From an uncultured Verrucomicrobiae bacterium (GTDB lineage: Bacteria > Verrucomicrobiota > Verrucomicrobiia > Opitutales > JABDGR01), in NCBI GenBank assembly GCA_963765205.1, contig CAVXVB010000005.1, forward strand, positions 352,001-416,000: DNA of 64,000 nt, given 5' to 3'. Shown here in pieces: positions 51,269-61,532 of the stretch. The notes beneath the pieces were generated by a model that saw nothing but the letters and a program-made list of their open reading frames with translations, did no database searches and had not been told where the DNA came from. How positions within the stretch are numbered: position 1 is the first letter of the stretch; each line of letters starts with the position of its first letter. Position numbers and translations under genes: made by a program.

Positions 51269-52267
51269 ATGGCCGCACCCGTCATCGAAGTCGAGAACCT
51301 GCACCGCAACTTTGGGCAGGTGCGGGCGGTGCGCGGCTTGAGTTTCCGCCTGGAAAAGGGGCAGGTGGCGGGCTTTATCGGCGCCAACGGCGCTGGCAAG
51401 ACGACGACGATGCGCATTCTCGCCACGCTCGATTTGCCCTCGCAGGGGGTGGTGCGCGTCGCGGGCTACGACGTGCTCGAACACCCGGCGCGCGTGCGCC
51501 AGCTCCTGGGCTGGATGCCGGACCACTTTGGCGCGTATCCCAGCATGGACGTGCTGGAATACCTGGACTTTTTTGCGCGCGCCATGGGCCTGCGCGGCAA
51601 GGAGCGCAAAAAGCGCGTGGCCGAGGCGGTGGACTTCACCGAGCTGGGTTCGCTTTTGTCGCGCCCGAGCAACCGCCTCTCGAAAGGCCAGACGCAACGC
51701 CTGTGCCTGGCGCGCACGCTGCTCAACGACCCCGCCATCCTGATTCTCGACGAGCCGGCCGCGGGCCTTGACCCGAAGGCGCGCCTCGAATTCAAAAACC
51801 TGGTGCGCATCCTGGCCGCGCAGGGGAAGTCCATGCTCATCAGCTCGCACATCCTCTCCGAACTGGCCGAGATGTGCGACACGATGCTCTTCATTGACCA
51901 GGGCCAGCTCGTCCACCACGGTTCGGCGGACAGTTTGCGCTTTGACGACCGCAGTGTGCTGTCGGTGCGCGTGCTGGTGCACGGGCCGGTTGAGCCGCTG
52001 CTGGCATGGGCGAAATTGCAGCCCGGCCTGCGCGTGCGCGAGGAAGTCCGCCAAGGCGTGGTGCTGGAGTTGGAGGGCCGGGGCGAAGAGGCCCTGCGCG
52101 ATTTGCTGCGCAGCCTGGTGGCGGCCGGTGTGCCGGTCTTTGAATTTCACCGCGAGCAGCAACGGCTCGAGGAAGCCTTCATCGGCATGTTGCGCCAGCA
52201 AGGCGCGATGGCGCCGCTGCGCAGCGACCGCACGCCGCCCAAACTCCCGCCCACCGGCGGCAACTAA
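51269..52267 (+). CDS. ABC transporter ATP-binding protein
   Basis: GANGAGKTT, LSKGQTQR, ILDEPAAGLDP, SSHIL. Confidence 0.95.
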   Translation: MAAPVIEVENLHRNFGQVRAVRGLSFRLEKGQVAGFIGANGAGKTTTMRILATLDLPSQGVVRVAGYDVLEHPARVRQLLGWMPDHFGAYPSMDVLEYLDFFARAMGLRGKERKKRVAEAVDFTELGSLLSRPSNRLSKGQTQRLCLARTLLNDPAILILDEPAAGLDPKARLEFKNLVRILAAQGKSMLISSHILSELAEMCDTMLFIDQGQLVHHGSADSLRFDDRSVLSVRVLVHGPVEPLLAWAKLQPGLRVREEVRQGVVLELEGRGEEALRDLLRSLVAAGVPVFEFHREQQRLEEAFIGMLRQQGAMAPLRSDRTPPKLPPTGGN

Positions 52268-52306
52268 GCTCTGTTTTAAAACCCATGAATTTATTCAAGC
52301 AACATT

Positions 52307-52382
52307 CCGTAGCGCGGTGCTTTAGCTCGCGCTTCGAGCCTCACGAATGTCCCGGAGCGCGGGCTAAAGCACCGCGCCACGG
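52307..52382. repeat. Inverted doublet of GTAG-type REPs (REPIN)
   Basis: ccgtagcgcggtgctttagctcgcgcttcg ... cggagcgcgggctaaagcaccgcgccacgg. Confidence 0.8.
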
Positions 52383-52428
52383 TTCAAAGCAGCCTTAATA
52401 CACAGTCTAACCCCGCCCCTTATCCGTC

Positions 52429-53971
52429 ATGACGCTCCTTTCCAGCGATTCGTTCAACCCCATGCTCGTGCGGGACCTGCGCCAGTGCCTGCGGTCGAGC
52501 CGGTTCACGGTGATCTTCCTTTTATTGCACACGGGCATGGCGTGTTTTGTGGGCACGGGGCTGCTCTCCGCCTATGGCTCGGATATTCCGGCGATCATCG
52601 TGGGCACGCTGTCCGTGGGGCTTTTTTTATTCTATATCGTAATGTTGCCCCTGTCTTCCGCGACCGCCCTGTCGTCGGAGTTTCTCGATAATCGGATAGA
52701 CCTGCTCAAGCTCACGCAAATGAGCGCGCGCAGTTTGGTGTGGGGCAAGTGGCTGTCGCTGGTGACGCAGGGCCTGCTGGTCATCGCCTCGCTGTTACCC
52801 TACCTGATGCTGACTTATTTTTTCGGTAATGTGAGTTTGGCCTACGTGCTGGAGAGCGTGGTGGCGCTGCTGGCCTTCAACGCGCTGCTGGTGGCCTTGG
52901 GCGTGGCCCTGTCATGCTTGAACAGCCCGGCCTTGCGCATCCTGCTGATTTTACCCTTGGTGTTGTTCTTGTTCGGCGTGTTCTCCAGCGGCCTCTTCCG
53001 GTTCGCCGGCCCCGGGCCGTCCTTTTTCATGCTGACGGCCAGCGCCACCACCAACCTCCTTTACATCGTCCCCGCTCTGTATGTGCTCATCGGGCTGCCG
53101 TTTTTGTTTCTGGCGATGGAATTCGGCGCCTATTGCCTGGCCCCCGCCGCCGAAAACCACGACACGCCACAGCGCCTGATGGTGGTGGGGCTGCTGGCCG
53201 TCGCCGCCGTCGCGATGGGCCTGGATGCGTGGCATCCGACGCTGGCGATGGAAGGCTTCCTGGCCGTCTATTTCTACCTCGCGAGGGTGCTGGTGTTTTG
53301 GGTGATGATGTTCGCCGCGGCCACCGACCCGTCGCCCTATCCCCATACCTACCGGCCGTTTGTGCGCTTCGGGTATTTCGGCAAGCTGGTCGGGCGCGTG
53401 TTTCTCTATCCTGGCTGGAACGTCGTCCACCCCGTTCATCCTGCTGGCTTCGGCGGTTTTTTCCACCCTCGGCCGGGTCTGGGTCACGCGACGCGGGCTG
53501 GACGTGGAGTTCTTGTGGATCGCCGTGATGTATATGTTCCTGCCGCCGGCGCTGCTTTTTCCCCAGGCGGTGGGGTGGCTGCTCGCGGGCCGCACGCGCC
53601 TCGGCCCCGTCGCGCGTTATTTTTTGATCATGATGCTGATGCTGCTCGTCTTCCTGTTCACGATTGCGCTGTATGGCTCGACGGACAAGTCGGCGATTTT
53701 GCTCGTCGCCTGCCTGTTTCCCCCGGACGCGTGGCTATTATTCACCTTTCACTGGATGGACGAATTGAGCCTCGAGTTCGCCTCCATCCTTATTGCCCTG
53801 GTGACCAGCACCCTCACCATCATCGTGGTTTGTGTTCGCGCCCTCAAGACTAAGGACGCCGTCCTCCGGCTCGAAGCCCGCGCCGCCGCCGGCCTCGAAC
53901 CAGCGCAGGCCCCAGTTATGGAATCTCCACGTAGCGAACCCACCTTCCCGCCGCAAGCAGGCGATTTATGA
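52429..53971 (+). CDS. ABC-2-type permease; 1-bp frameshift near 53420
   Basis: NPMLVRDLRQ...DLLKLTQMS...VWGKW and many TMs; frames 52429..53853 and 53360..53971 join as YPGW-TSSTPF. Confidence 0.82.
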
Positions 53972-54137
53972 ATTATGATTTAAGATTTATAATTTAAGAA
54001 ACAAGAGCCGGAAAGCAGAAATCAAGAAACAGCCAAAGTCTTCCCGAGTACAACATTCACTCTTCTTCTGTTTCATAATTCATAAATCTGAAATCATAAA
54101 TCTGAAGTCTGAAATCTGAAATTTTCAAATCTGAAAT
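53964..54137. repeat. Inverted pair of heptamer arrays ATTTA(T/A)G x5 and CATAAAT/CTGAAAT x about 9
   Basis: Direct reading; the first array contains the permease stop codon. Confidence 0.85.
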
Positions 54138-54158
54138 ACCAAATTACCGCCCCTCGCC

Positions 54159-55097
54159 ATGCCCGCCGTCCCCCCCGCCGCTCCCGCCGCGCCCCCCGCC
54201 ATCTCGGCGGGTGGTTTGCTGGCGGCGCACGGCCTGACGCGCGAGGTGCGGGCCGGTTTGCTCGCGCAGGCCGAGGCGATTGCCCCGCGCCTGCGCCTGC
54301 CCTTGCGCGCCGCGCGCGGCGGCCAGGCCGGCCAGTGGCTCGGCGCGGGCATTGGCGCCTCGCTCGAATTTCAGGACCACCGCCAATACCACCCCGGCGA
54401 CGACCCGCGCCACCTGAACTGGGCCGCCTACGCGCGCACCGGCCAGCATACGATGAAAATGTATCGCGAGGAAGTCAGCCCGCGCCTCGATGTCGCGCTG
54501 GATTGTTCAACGTCAATGTTCCTCGCGCCCGCCAAGGCCCGGCGCGTGTTGGAAGTTTTTTCCTTCATCCACGCCAGCGCCCTGCGCGCCGGCGCGTTGC
54601 TGCGCGCCTATCTTGTCGATCCCAATGGCGCGCAGGAGTTGCCCGCCGATTCACTCCGCTCGCAATCGTGGGACCCTCTGCCGCCGGCCAGCCGCACCGC
54701 GCCGCCCGCGCTCCACCGCGTGCCCTGGCGCGCGCAATCCCTGCGCATCGTCATCTCCGATTTGCTATATTCCGCGCCTCCGCAGGACATCCTCGCCCAG
54801 ATTTTGCACACCACCAGCCGAGCCATCGTGTTTTGCCCGTGGAGCGCGAGCGAGGCCGCGCCGGACTGGGACGGCCAGATCGAATTGCGCGACTGCGAGT
54901 CCAGCCAGCGCCGCCTCTTTCAGATGTCCGCCGCGCGCCGCGAACGCTTCCAAGCCAGCTACCGCCGCCATTTTGAATTGTGGAGCGACGCCTGCGCAGG
55001 CCGAGGCGTCCCCTTGGCCCGGCTCGACGAAGACGGCCCGCTGCTGGACTGCCTGATGAAATCCGCGCTGCCTGTCCGCGCCGTCGAATTGGTCTGA
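54159..55097 (+). CDS. DUF58 domain protein
   Basis: G.SLEFQDHRQYHPGDDPRHLNWAAYAR, LDCSTSM, VISDL. Confidence 0.92.
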   Translation: MPAVPPAAPAAPPAISAGGLLAAHGLTREVRAGLLAQAEAIAPRLRLPLRAARGGQAGQWLGAGIGASLEFQDHRQYHPGDDPRHLNWAAYARTGQHTMKMYREEVSPRLDVALDCSTSMFLAPAKARRVLEVFSFIHASALRAGALLRAYLVDPNGAQELPADSLRSQSWDPLPPASRTAPPALHRVPWRAQSLRIVISDLLYSAPPQDILAQILHTTSRAIVFCPWSASEAAPDWDGQIELRDCESSQRRLFQMSAARRERFQASYRRHFELWSDACAGRGVPLARLDEDGPLLDCLMKSALPVRAVELV

Positions 55098-55110
55098 GCG
55101 AGATCCCCCC

Positions 55111-56899
55111 ATGCACCTGATTTTTGGCAATCCAGCCGGCTGGTGGGCGCTGCTCGGGATTCCCGCGCTCGTATTGATCCATTTTTTGCAGCGGAAAAGC
55201 CGCCGCCTCGAAATCAGCACCATGTTTCTGCTCGAAAAGCAGGAAGTCGAGAGCCGCGCGGGCCGCCGGCTCGAGCGTTGGCGCAGCTCCGTCCTATTCT
55301 GGTTACAGGCCCTCGCCGTGCTTTTGCTCGCGTGGATGCTCAGCCAGCCGCGCTGGGTCGAAAGCGGCACATTGCAACGCGTGGCGCTGGTGCTCGACAG
55401 TTCGCTGGCCATGGAAGCTTTCCGCCCGCAGTGGCAACAAGGCCTGGCCGCCGACACCGCCACGCTCGCCCGCGGCGCCAGCCGCACGGACTGGCTCTTG
55501 CTCGAATCCAACGTCGGCCGCCCGCCGCTCTACCACGGCGAGGATCGGGACGCGCTGCTCCAGGCGCTCGCCGCCTGGCACGCCAACCTCGGCCCGCACG
55601 ACCCCGCCCCCGCGCTGCGCGCCGCGCGCACCGCCGTCGGCAACGATGGGTTGGTATTCTTTGTCACTTACCATCCGCCGCCCGGCGAGACCGCTGCCGG
55701 TCGAGGCGCACCCTCTCGCCTACGGCCACCCGCTGGATAATGTCGGCGTCGGCGCGGCCACCGCGGAAATTCACGATGGACAAGCCGTCTGGCGGGTGCT
55801 GGTGCATAATTATGCGGCCACCGCCCAGACGCGCGCCTGGTGGTTCGAGGCCGGCGGCCAAAAATCGCCTGCCCAAACTGTCACGCTTGACCCGAGCGCG
55901 ACCGTCGCGCTCCAAGGAAACTTCCCGCCGAACACCGACCGCATCATCTTCGCGCTCCAGCCCGATGATTTTTCGCTCGACGACCGCATCCCGCTGGTGG
56001 CGCCGCAGCCTAAGCAACTCGCCATCGCCGTGCAAGGCCCGGCGGATTTTGTCAGTTTCCTCAAGCCCATGCTGCAACTCGCCAGCCAGACCACGCCCGC
56101 TCTGCCGGGCGCAACGCCGGACCTGCAATTCGACCTCGGCGGCAATTTGGCGCCCACTCCCTTTGGCGCTGCGCGCGTTTATTTCGCCGCCGACCCCGCG
56201 GGCGACGGTCCCACCGAAATCCACACGCACCCCGCGCCGGAAAAAGACCCGCTCATGGATGGGCTGAATTGGTCGGGCCTGCTCTTTCACGCGTTGCCGC
56301 CGGTGCCGCCGCAGCCCGACGACACCACGTTGATGTGGGACGGCGCCCAGCCGCTCATCACCTTGCGCGCGCCGCCCAGCCAGGGGCAGACGCTCATTTT
56401 CAACTTTGACCCGCGGCATTCCAACGCGGCCCATTGGCCGGCGTTCGTGATTTTGTTCAACCGCTTCATCGAGCAGGCCCGCCTGCGCAAGCCCGCGTTT
56501 GCGCGCGACAATTTTCCCGCGGGCCAGCCTTTGTCACTCGTGCTGCCGCCCGGCGCGAAAGGCGCGCGCCTCGAAGTTGCGCCCATGGACGACCAGGCCG
56601 CCCACCCGCCCGCCACCGACCTGACGCCCAACGCTGCCGCGCAGGCCCGCGCGCCCAGCCCGCCGTCGTTCTTCACGGTCCAAGTGGACGGCAAGCCGTG
56701 GCTGGACGGCGCGTCGCAATTTCCCGACCCGCGCGAATCGGATTTCCGCGACGCGGCGTCCATTCCGCTTGAAGCGCGCGCGCAAACCACCCGCGAGGAG
56801 GCCAATTCGCAGCCGGACGCGCTGACGCCCCTGTGGCTCCTCGCGCTGCTGGCCGCGCTACTCGCGTCGTGGCGCGAAACGGGCAAAGCCGCGAAATAA
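55111..56899 (+). CDS. BatA/vWA-like membrane protein; 1-bp frameshift near 55690
   Basis: FGNPAGWWALLGIPALVLIHFL...STMFL (BatA N-terminus), LDSSLAM and a C-terminal TM; ORFs 55111..55740 and 55646..56899 join. Confidence 0.82.
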
Positions 56900-56914
56900 A
56901 CCGATTTTGACTCC

Positions 56915-59479
56915 ATGAATTTTGCCACTCCCGCCTGGCTGTTGCTGGTGCCCGCCCTGCTGTTGCTCGGCTGGCAATGGCCGCGCCTGGAATTGCGCCG
57001 GCCGCTGCGGGTGTTGTGCCTGCTGTTGCTCGCGCTCGCGCTGGCCGACCTGCGCTGGCGGCTCTACGAACCGGGCATTGATTTGTGGGTGCTGGTGGAT
57101 CGTTCCGATTCCGCCGCGCCGCTGCTGGGCCCGCGCCTGAACGAGTGGGAGGGCCTGCTGCGCCAGAGCATGGGCCACAACGACCGGCTTTACTTCATTG
57201 ATTTCGGCGACGACGCCGTGGTGCGCCCGGAGGACTTGAGCACGGTGTCCGAAGTTGCCACCGGCGAGACGCGCGTGGCCAACGCGCTGCGGCTGGCGGT
57301 GTCGCGCCATGACCCGAGCCGCGCCACGCGCGCCCTCTTGCTCAGTGACGGCTACCCGACCGAGCCACTCGGCGACATCGGCGAATTGCTCGCGCACGCG
57401 GACATCCCGCTCGACATGCGCCTCGTCGCGCTCGGCACCGGCACGGATTTTGAAGTGACCGAGCTGGACGCGCCCAACCGCACTCCGGCAGGCGAGCCGT
57501 TCGTCCTCGACATGCACCTGCGCGTGGACGGCGTGGCGAATGCGACGGTACCCTACGATTTGGAGCGCGACGGCAAGGTCATCGCCACGGGCACGGCGAA
57601 TTTTCAAAATGGTTTGGCGCGCGTGCGGCTGACCGACCGCATAGACCAGGCCGGCTCGGTCCACTACACCGCGCGGGTGCTGCCCGAAAACGACCCGGTG
57701 CCCGGGAACAACATGGCGGAAACGTGGGTCGAGGCCGTGGCCGCGCCGCGCGTGCTCCTCATCTCGGCCTATCCCGACGACCCGGTGGCCGCCGCGCTCA
57801 CCGCCCATGGCGTGCAAGTGGATTTGGAGACCAACCCGACGACGCTGAACGAAGACCGCCTGAGTGGCGCGCGCGCCGTCATCATCAACAATGTGACCGC
57901 CAGCAACATTCCCGCTGATTTTCTGAAGGCCATTGAATTTTTCGTGGACCAGCAGGGCGGCGGGCTGCTGATGCTCGGCGGCAAGAACAGTTTCGGCACT
58001 GGCGGCTATTACCAATCGCGCCTCGACGACCTGCTGCCCGTTTCGCAGGAGCAGCGCGACGAGAAGCGCAAACTCCGGGTGGCCATGTCCATCGTGCTCG
58101 ACCGCTCCGGCTCGATGCGCGCGTCCGTGCCCAGCAACGGGGGCACGCGCGAGAAAATCGAGCTGGCCGACGCCGGCACCGCCGAGGCGATGCGGCAACT
58201 CGGCGCCAGCAACGTCGTCTCGGTCTTCGCCGTGGACACGCAGGCCTGGGAAATTGTCCCGCAGTCCACCGCCGATCCGGACCGCGACGTCAAAATCCAG
58301 AACGTGCTCGGCATCGCCAGTCAGGGCGGCGGCATCGTCGTGCCCATCGGTTTGCAGGCCGCGTGGAACAATTTGCAACAGACCGACATCGGGGAGAAGC
58401 ACATCATTTTATTCGCCGACGCCAACGACGCCCTCCAGCAAAACGAAGGCACCTTCGACATCGTGCAAAATATCACGAACGGCAACGGCACCATCTCCGT
58501 CATCGGCCTCGGCCATGACACCGACAGCGGCGCGGACTTCCTTCGCAAAGTCGCCGCGGCGGGCAACGGGCGCATTTTCTTCAGCGACGACGCGAACGAC
58601 CTGCCCGCGATTTTCACGCAGGACACCGTGGCCGTGGCCCGCGCCAGTTTCCTCACCGATGCCACGCCGCTGCTATCCACCGCCGGCTGGATGGAACTCG
58701 CCGCGAAGAACCTCGCCTGGCTGCCGAGCGTGGACGCCTATAACGTTTGCTACCTCAAGCCCAAGGCCACCCAGGCGGCCCTGTCCGGCGATGACAACGC
58801 CGCGCCGCTGGTCGCTTTCTGGCAGCACCAGTCCGGCCGCACCGCCGCGGTGATGTTCCCGCTGGCGGGCAACTATTCCGACACCGCGCGCGCCTGGCCG
58901 GGCTACGGCGATTTTATCACCACGCTCACGCGCTGGCTGATGGGCAATGAAACACCCGAGGGCCTGGGCGTCCGCGCGCGGCTCGACGGCGACCAGCTGG
59001 TGCTCGATTTGTTCTACGACCAGCAGCTCGACGCCGACTTGGCGAAGGATTTCCCCACGGCCGTCTATACGCAAAACGGCCAGGACGGTGCGCAGCAGAT
59101 GACTTGGGAACGCCTCGAACCGGGGCATTTTCAAGCGCAGGTGCGCCTCAAGCCTGGGAAGCCCGCGATCGGCGCGGTGCAGGCTGGCCCGTATTCGCTT
59201 CCCTTCGGCCCGCTGGCGCCGGGGCTGGATTTGGAATGGCTGCGCGACCCGGCCGGGCCGCGCTCGCTGCGCGCGCTCGTGGCGGGCAGCGGCGGCAAGG
59301 AACTCACCGAATTGCCCGAGGCCTGGCGCGACCTCGGCCGCCAGTATTACCGTTCGCTGCGCCCGTGGATTTTGACCCTGCTCGCGTTGGCCGTCCTCGC
59401 CGAGGCCCTCGCCACGCGCGTGGATGTGCTCAAGAGCTGGTCGTGGAAAAAAGGGAAGCAGGTCAAAGTGGCGGGGTGA
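56915..59479 (+). CDS. Double vWA domain membrane protein with GATase-like middle domain
   Basis: MIDAS motifs DRSDS and DRSGS, LLSDG, GGGLLMLGG...GGY; N- and C-terminal TMs. Confidence 0.9.
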   Translation: MNFATPAWLLLVPALLLLGWQWPRLELRRPLRVLCLLLLALALADLRWRLYEPGIDLWVLVDRSDSAAPLLGPRLNEWEGLLRQSMGHNDRLYFIDFGDDAVVRPEDLSTVSEVATGETRVANALRLAVSRHDPSRATRALLLSDGYPTEPLGDIGELLAHADIPLDMRLVALGTGTDFEVTELDAPNRTPAGEPFVLDMHLRVDGVANATVPYDLERDGKVIATGTANFQNGLARVRLTDRIDQAGSVHYTARVLPENDPVPGNNMAETWVEAVAAPRVLLISAYPDDPVAAALTAHGVQVDLETNPTTLNEDRLSGARAVIINNVTASNIPADFLKAIEFFVDQQGGGLLMLGGKNSFGTGGYYQSRLDDLLPVSQEQRDEKRKLRVAMSIVLDRSGSMRASVPSNGGTREKIELADAGTAEAMRQLGASNVVSVFAVDTQAWEIVPQSTADPDRDVKIQNVLGIASQGGGIVVPIGLQAAWNNLQQTDIGEKHIILFADANDALQQNEGTFDIVQNITNGNGTISVIGLGHDTDSGADFLRKVAAAGNGRIFFSDDANDLPAIFTQDTVAVARASFLTDATPLLSTAGWMELAAKNLAWLPSVDAYNVCYLKPKATQAALSGDDNAAPLVAFWQHQSGRTAAVMFPLAGNYSDTARAWPGYGDFITTLTRWLMGNETPEGLGVRARLDGDQLVLDLFYDQQLDADLAKDFPTAVYTQNGQDGAQQMTWERLEPGHFQAQVRLKPGKPAIGAVQAGPYSLPFGPLAPGLDLEWLRDPAGPRSLRALVAGSGGKELTELPEAWRDLGRQYYRSLRPWILTLLALAVLAEALATRVDVLKSWSWKKGKQVKVAG

Positions 59480-59511
59480 AATTTCAGCAGAGCGGGTGCA
59501 ATCCCAATGGG

Positions 59512-61215
59512 TCACGGCGACTTCACTGTGCCAAACGCATTGGTGACGACCACGGAATAATCTTCGACGCCGACCGAGGAGGCATTGCTCAGTTTGAGCG
59601 TGGCCGTCGTCGCACCGGACACGCCGTCACCATCCTTCACGGCGACACCGTGGTGCAGCCATTGATAAGAGGGCGCGGGCACCGCAGCGGCGGTGACGGT
59701 AAATGTAGTCGCCGTCGCGTGGTCGGAGGTGTTAATATCAAAGGACACCGGTGCGAGGATGATGGGCGCGAGCGCGGGCGTCCAGCCGAGGACAAAGGCC
59801 GGGTCGCGGTAATTTTTGATCGTGTCGGCATCGTTTGCCATCGTGAGTTGCTTGGAGAACGGCGCGCGCTGGCTGACATCGGCCGGCTGGCCGTCGCTGA
59901 TGTTGGTGCTGTTGTATTCCCAGAAATGCAGGTTGGGCGTGGGCGGGAAGGCGGCCGCGCCCACGGCCGCGCCGCCGCGCGCCGCGGTGTCCAACCGCCA
60001 CGCGGCGGGGGAAATTTGGGGACCGAGCTGGCAATCGAGCAGCACCACTTCGCTGTAGGGATAAGTGGCGGGGGCGATGCGGGCGAGGGTCACATTCGCC
60101 ATGCCGGGGGCCGCGTCAAAAACACAGTGGTTGTAGATGTAGCCGTGGTTGGCGGCCGGGTTGCGAATCTGGGTGTAGGGTGCGCCGCTGGTGAGGGCCT
60201 TGAGTTCGCAGTGCTCGAAAAACACCGGCCCGCGCCCCCACATGTAATCCGTGTCGCCCTCGACATAGCTGTCCGCCACATAGGCCGAGTCGTTGATCTG
60301 CAACGTGTCCTGGTAGCTGTAAAAACTGCAGTGGCTGATAATATTTTGGCCGCCGGTGAGGATGAGCGCCTCGGCCTGCGAGCCGCCTTTGGGCGTCGAG
60401 TTGCGGAAGGTGAGGTTGACGAAGTTCAGGCCGGTCGAGTGGTTGGCGAAAAACGCGCCGCGGTGGTAGGCGCTCGTCGTGGGCTTTTCGTTGGTGTTTT
60501 GCTGGTTGTTGAAACGGTCGTTGTTGGGGTAGCCGATGACCGTCCCCGCGCGATCATCGCCGAGGAAGGTCAGGTTCGACTTGTGCTCGAAATAAACGAT
60601 TTCCACATAGAGGCCCTGGCGGATGAAAATCGTGACGGGCGACACGGGCTGGTCGGGCACAAAATCCACCGCGCCCTGCACGGTGGCGAAATCGCCGGTG
60701 CCGTCGGCGGCGACGACCAGGCGGGTCGCGTCCTTGGCGGGCGGGGCGGCCTTGGTGGTGAAAACCCAGCCGGTGTTGCCGCTGAAACCGGGGAAGGGCT
60801 GGCCGTCCACGAGGATGGCGCCCGGGTCCATCTGCACGTAATAAGTTTTGTGATAGTCGAGCTTATGATTGTGCGGGAAAATGGTCGCGGTGTGGCCGTT
60901 GATGAGGATGGGGTAGAGGCGGAAATCGTTCGCGCCGCCGATGACATAATTTTGCGCGGTGACGGGGATGCCCGTGTCAATCGTCTCGACGAGCTGGTTG
61001 TCGGAGGCGTCGTAGATGCGGACCTGGCCGGTGTTGCCCAGCGTCGGCGTGCCGGCAAAGGTCAACGCCAGTTGGGTGTCGGGGCAGACCGCCGGTGCGT
61101 TGTTTTGAGGCAGGTGGCTGGCGGCCACCAGCCCCGGAGCAGCCGGCTGGGCGGCCAGCGGCACGGCGAGCAAAAGAAACGAGCCAAGGAGCAACAGCAG
61201 CGGCGGGGTTTTCAT
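59512..61215 (-). CDS. Pectinesterase (CE8) with N-terminal Ig-like and C-terminal Ig domains
   Basis: Signal peptide, DGTGDFATVQGAVD, QAEAL, YQDTL, EGDTDYMWG. Confidence 0.88.
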   Translation of the reverse strand: MKTPPLLLLLGSFLLLAVPLAAQPAAPGLVAASHLPQNNAPAVCPDTQLALTFAGTPTLGNTGQVRIYDASDNQLVETIDTGIPVTAQNYVIGGANDFRLYPILINGHTATIFPHNHKLDYHKTYYVQMDPGAILVDGQPFPGFSGNTGWVFTTKAAPPAKDATRLVVAADGTGDFATVQGAVDFVPDQPVSPVTIFIRQGLYVEIVYFEHKSNLTFLGDDRAGTVIGYPNNDRFNNQQNTNEKPTTSAYHRGAFFANHSTGLNFVNLTFRNSTPKGGSQAEALILTGGQNIISHCSFYSYQDTLQINDSAYVADSYVEGDTDYMWGRGPVFFEHCELKALTSGAPYTQIRNPAANHGYIYNHCVFDAAPGMANVTLARIAPATYPYSEVVLLDCQLGPQISPAAWRLDTAARGGAAVGAAAFPPTPNLHFWEYNSTNISDGQPADVSQRAPFSKQLTMANDADTIKNYRDPAFVLGWTPALAPIILAPVSFDINTSDHATATTFTVTAAAVPAPSYQWLHHGVAVKDGDGVSGATTATLKLSNASSVGVEDYSVVVTNAFGTVKSP

Positions 61216-61532
61216 GAAGGGGTGGGGGTGCGCGGATTGTTAAGGTAAAAGCCAAGGTCGTCAATCCGGGCGGGTGTGCGGGGGGGGTAGAAATTACGGG
61301 GTCTCACGCAGGGATACCGGACGGCCAAGCAGGGCGTCAATGGGAAGGAAAGTCATTTGCGTTTGGATGATAACCGAATAAATGGATAAATGAAAGTGGT
61401 GGGTTGGTTGCACGGGGAAGGTTGGATGGGTTTGATGGGTTGGGAGTGGCGAGGGCTTTTCAGACAACTTCGAGCTTCTCCTGTCTTCCGTCTCCTCTAT
61501 TCTACCTCCTACCTTCCACCTCCTCCCATTCC

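Noticed and set aside
53964..54137. Periodic AT-rich repeats as a possible CRISPR array or replication origin
   Set aside because: Units are 7 bp and contiguous, with no unique spacers, cas genes, DnaA-box cluster or dnaA context.
59104..61248. 714-aa plus-strand ORF
   Set aside because: Shadow of the pectinesterase gene, which has the recognisable motifs.
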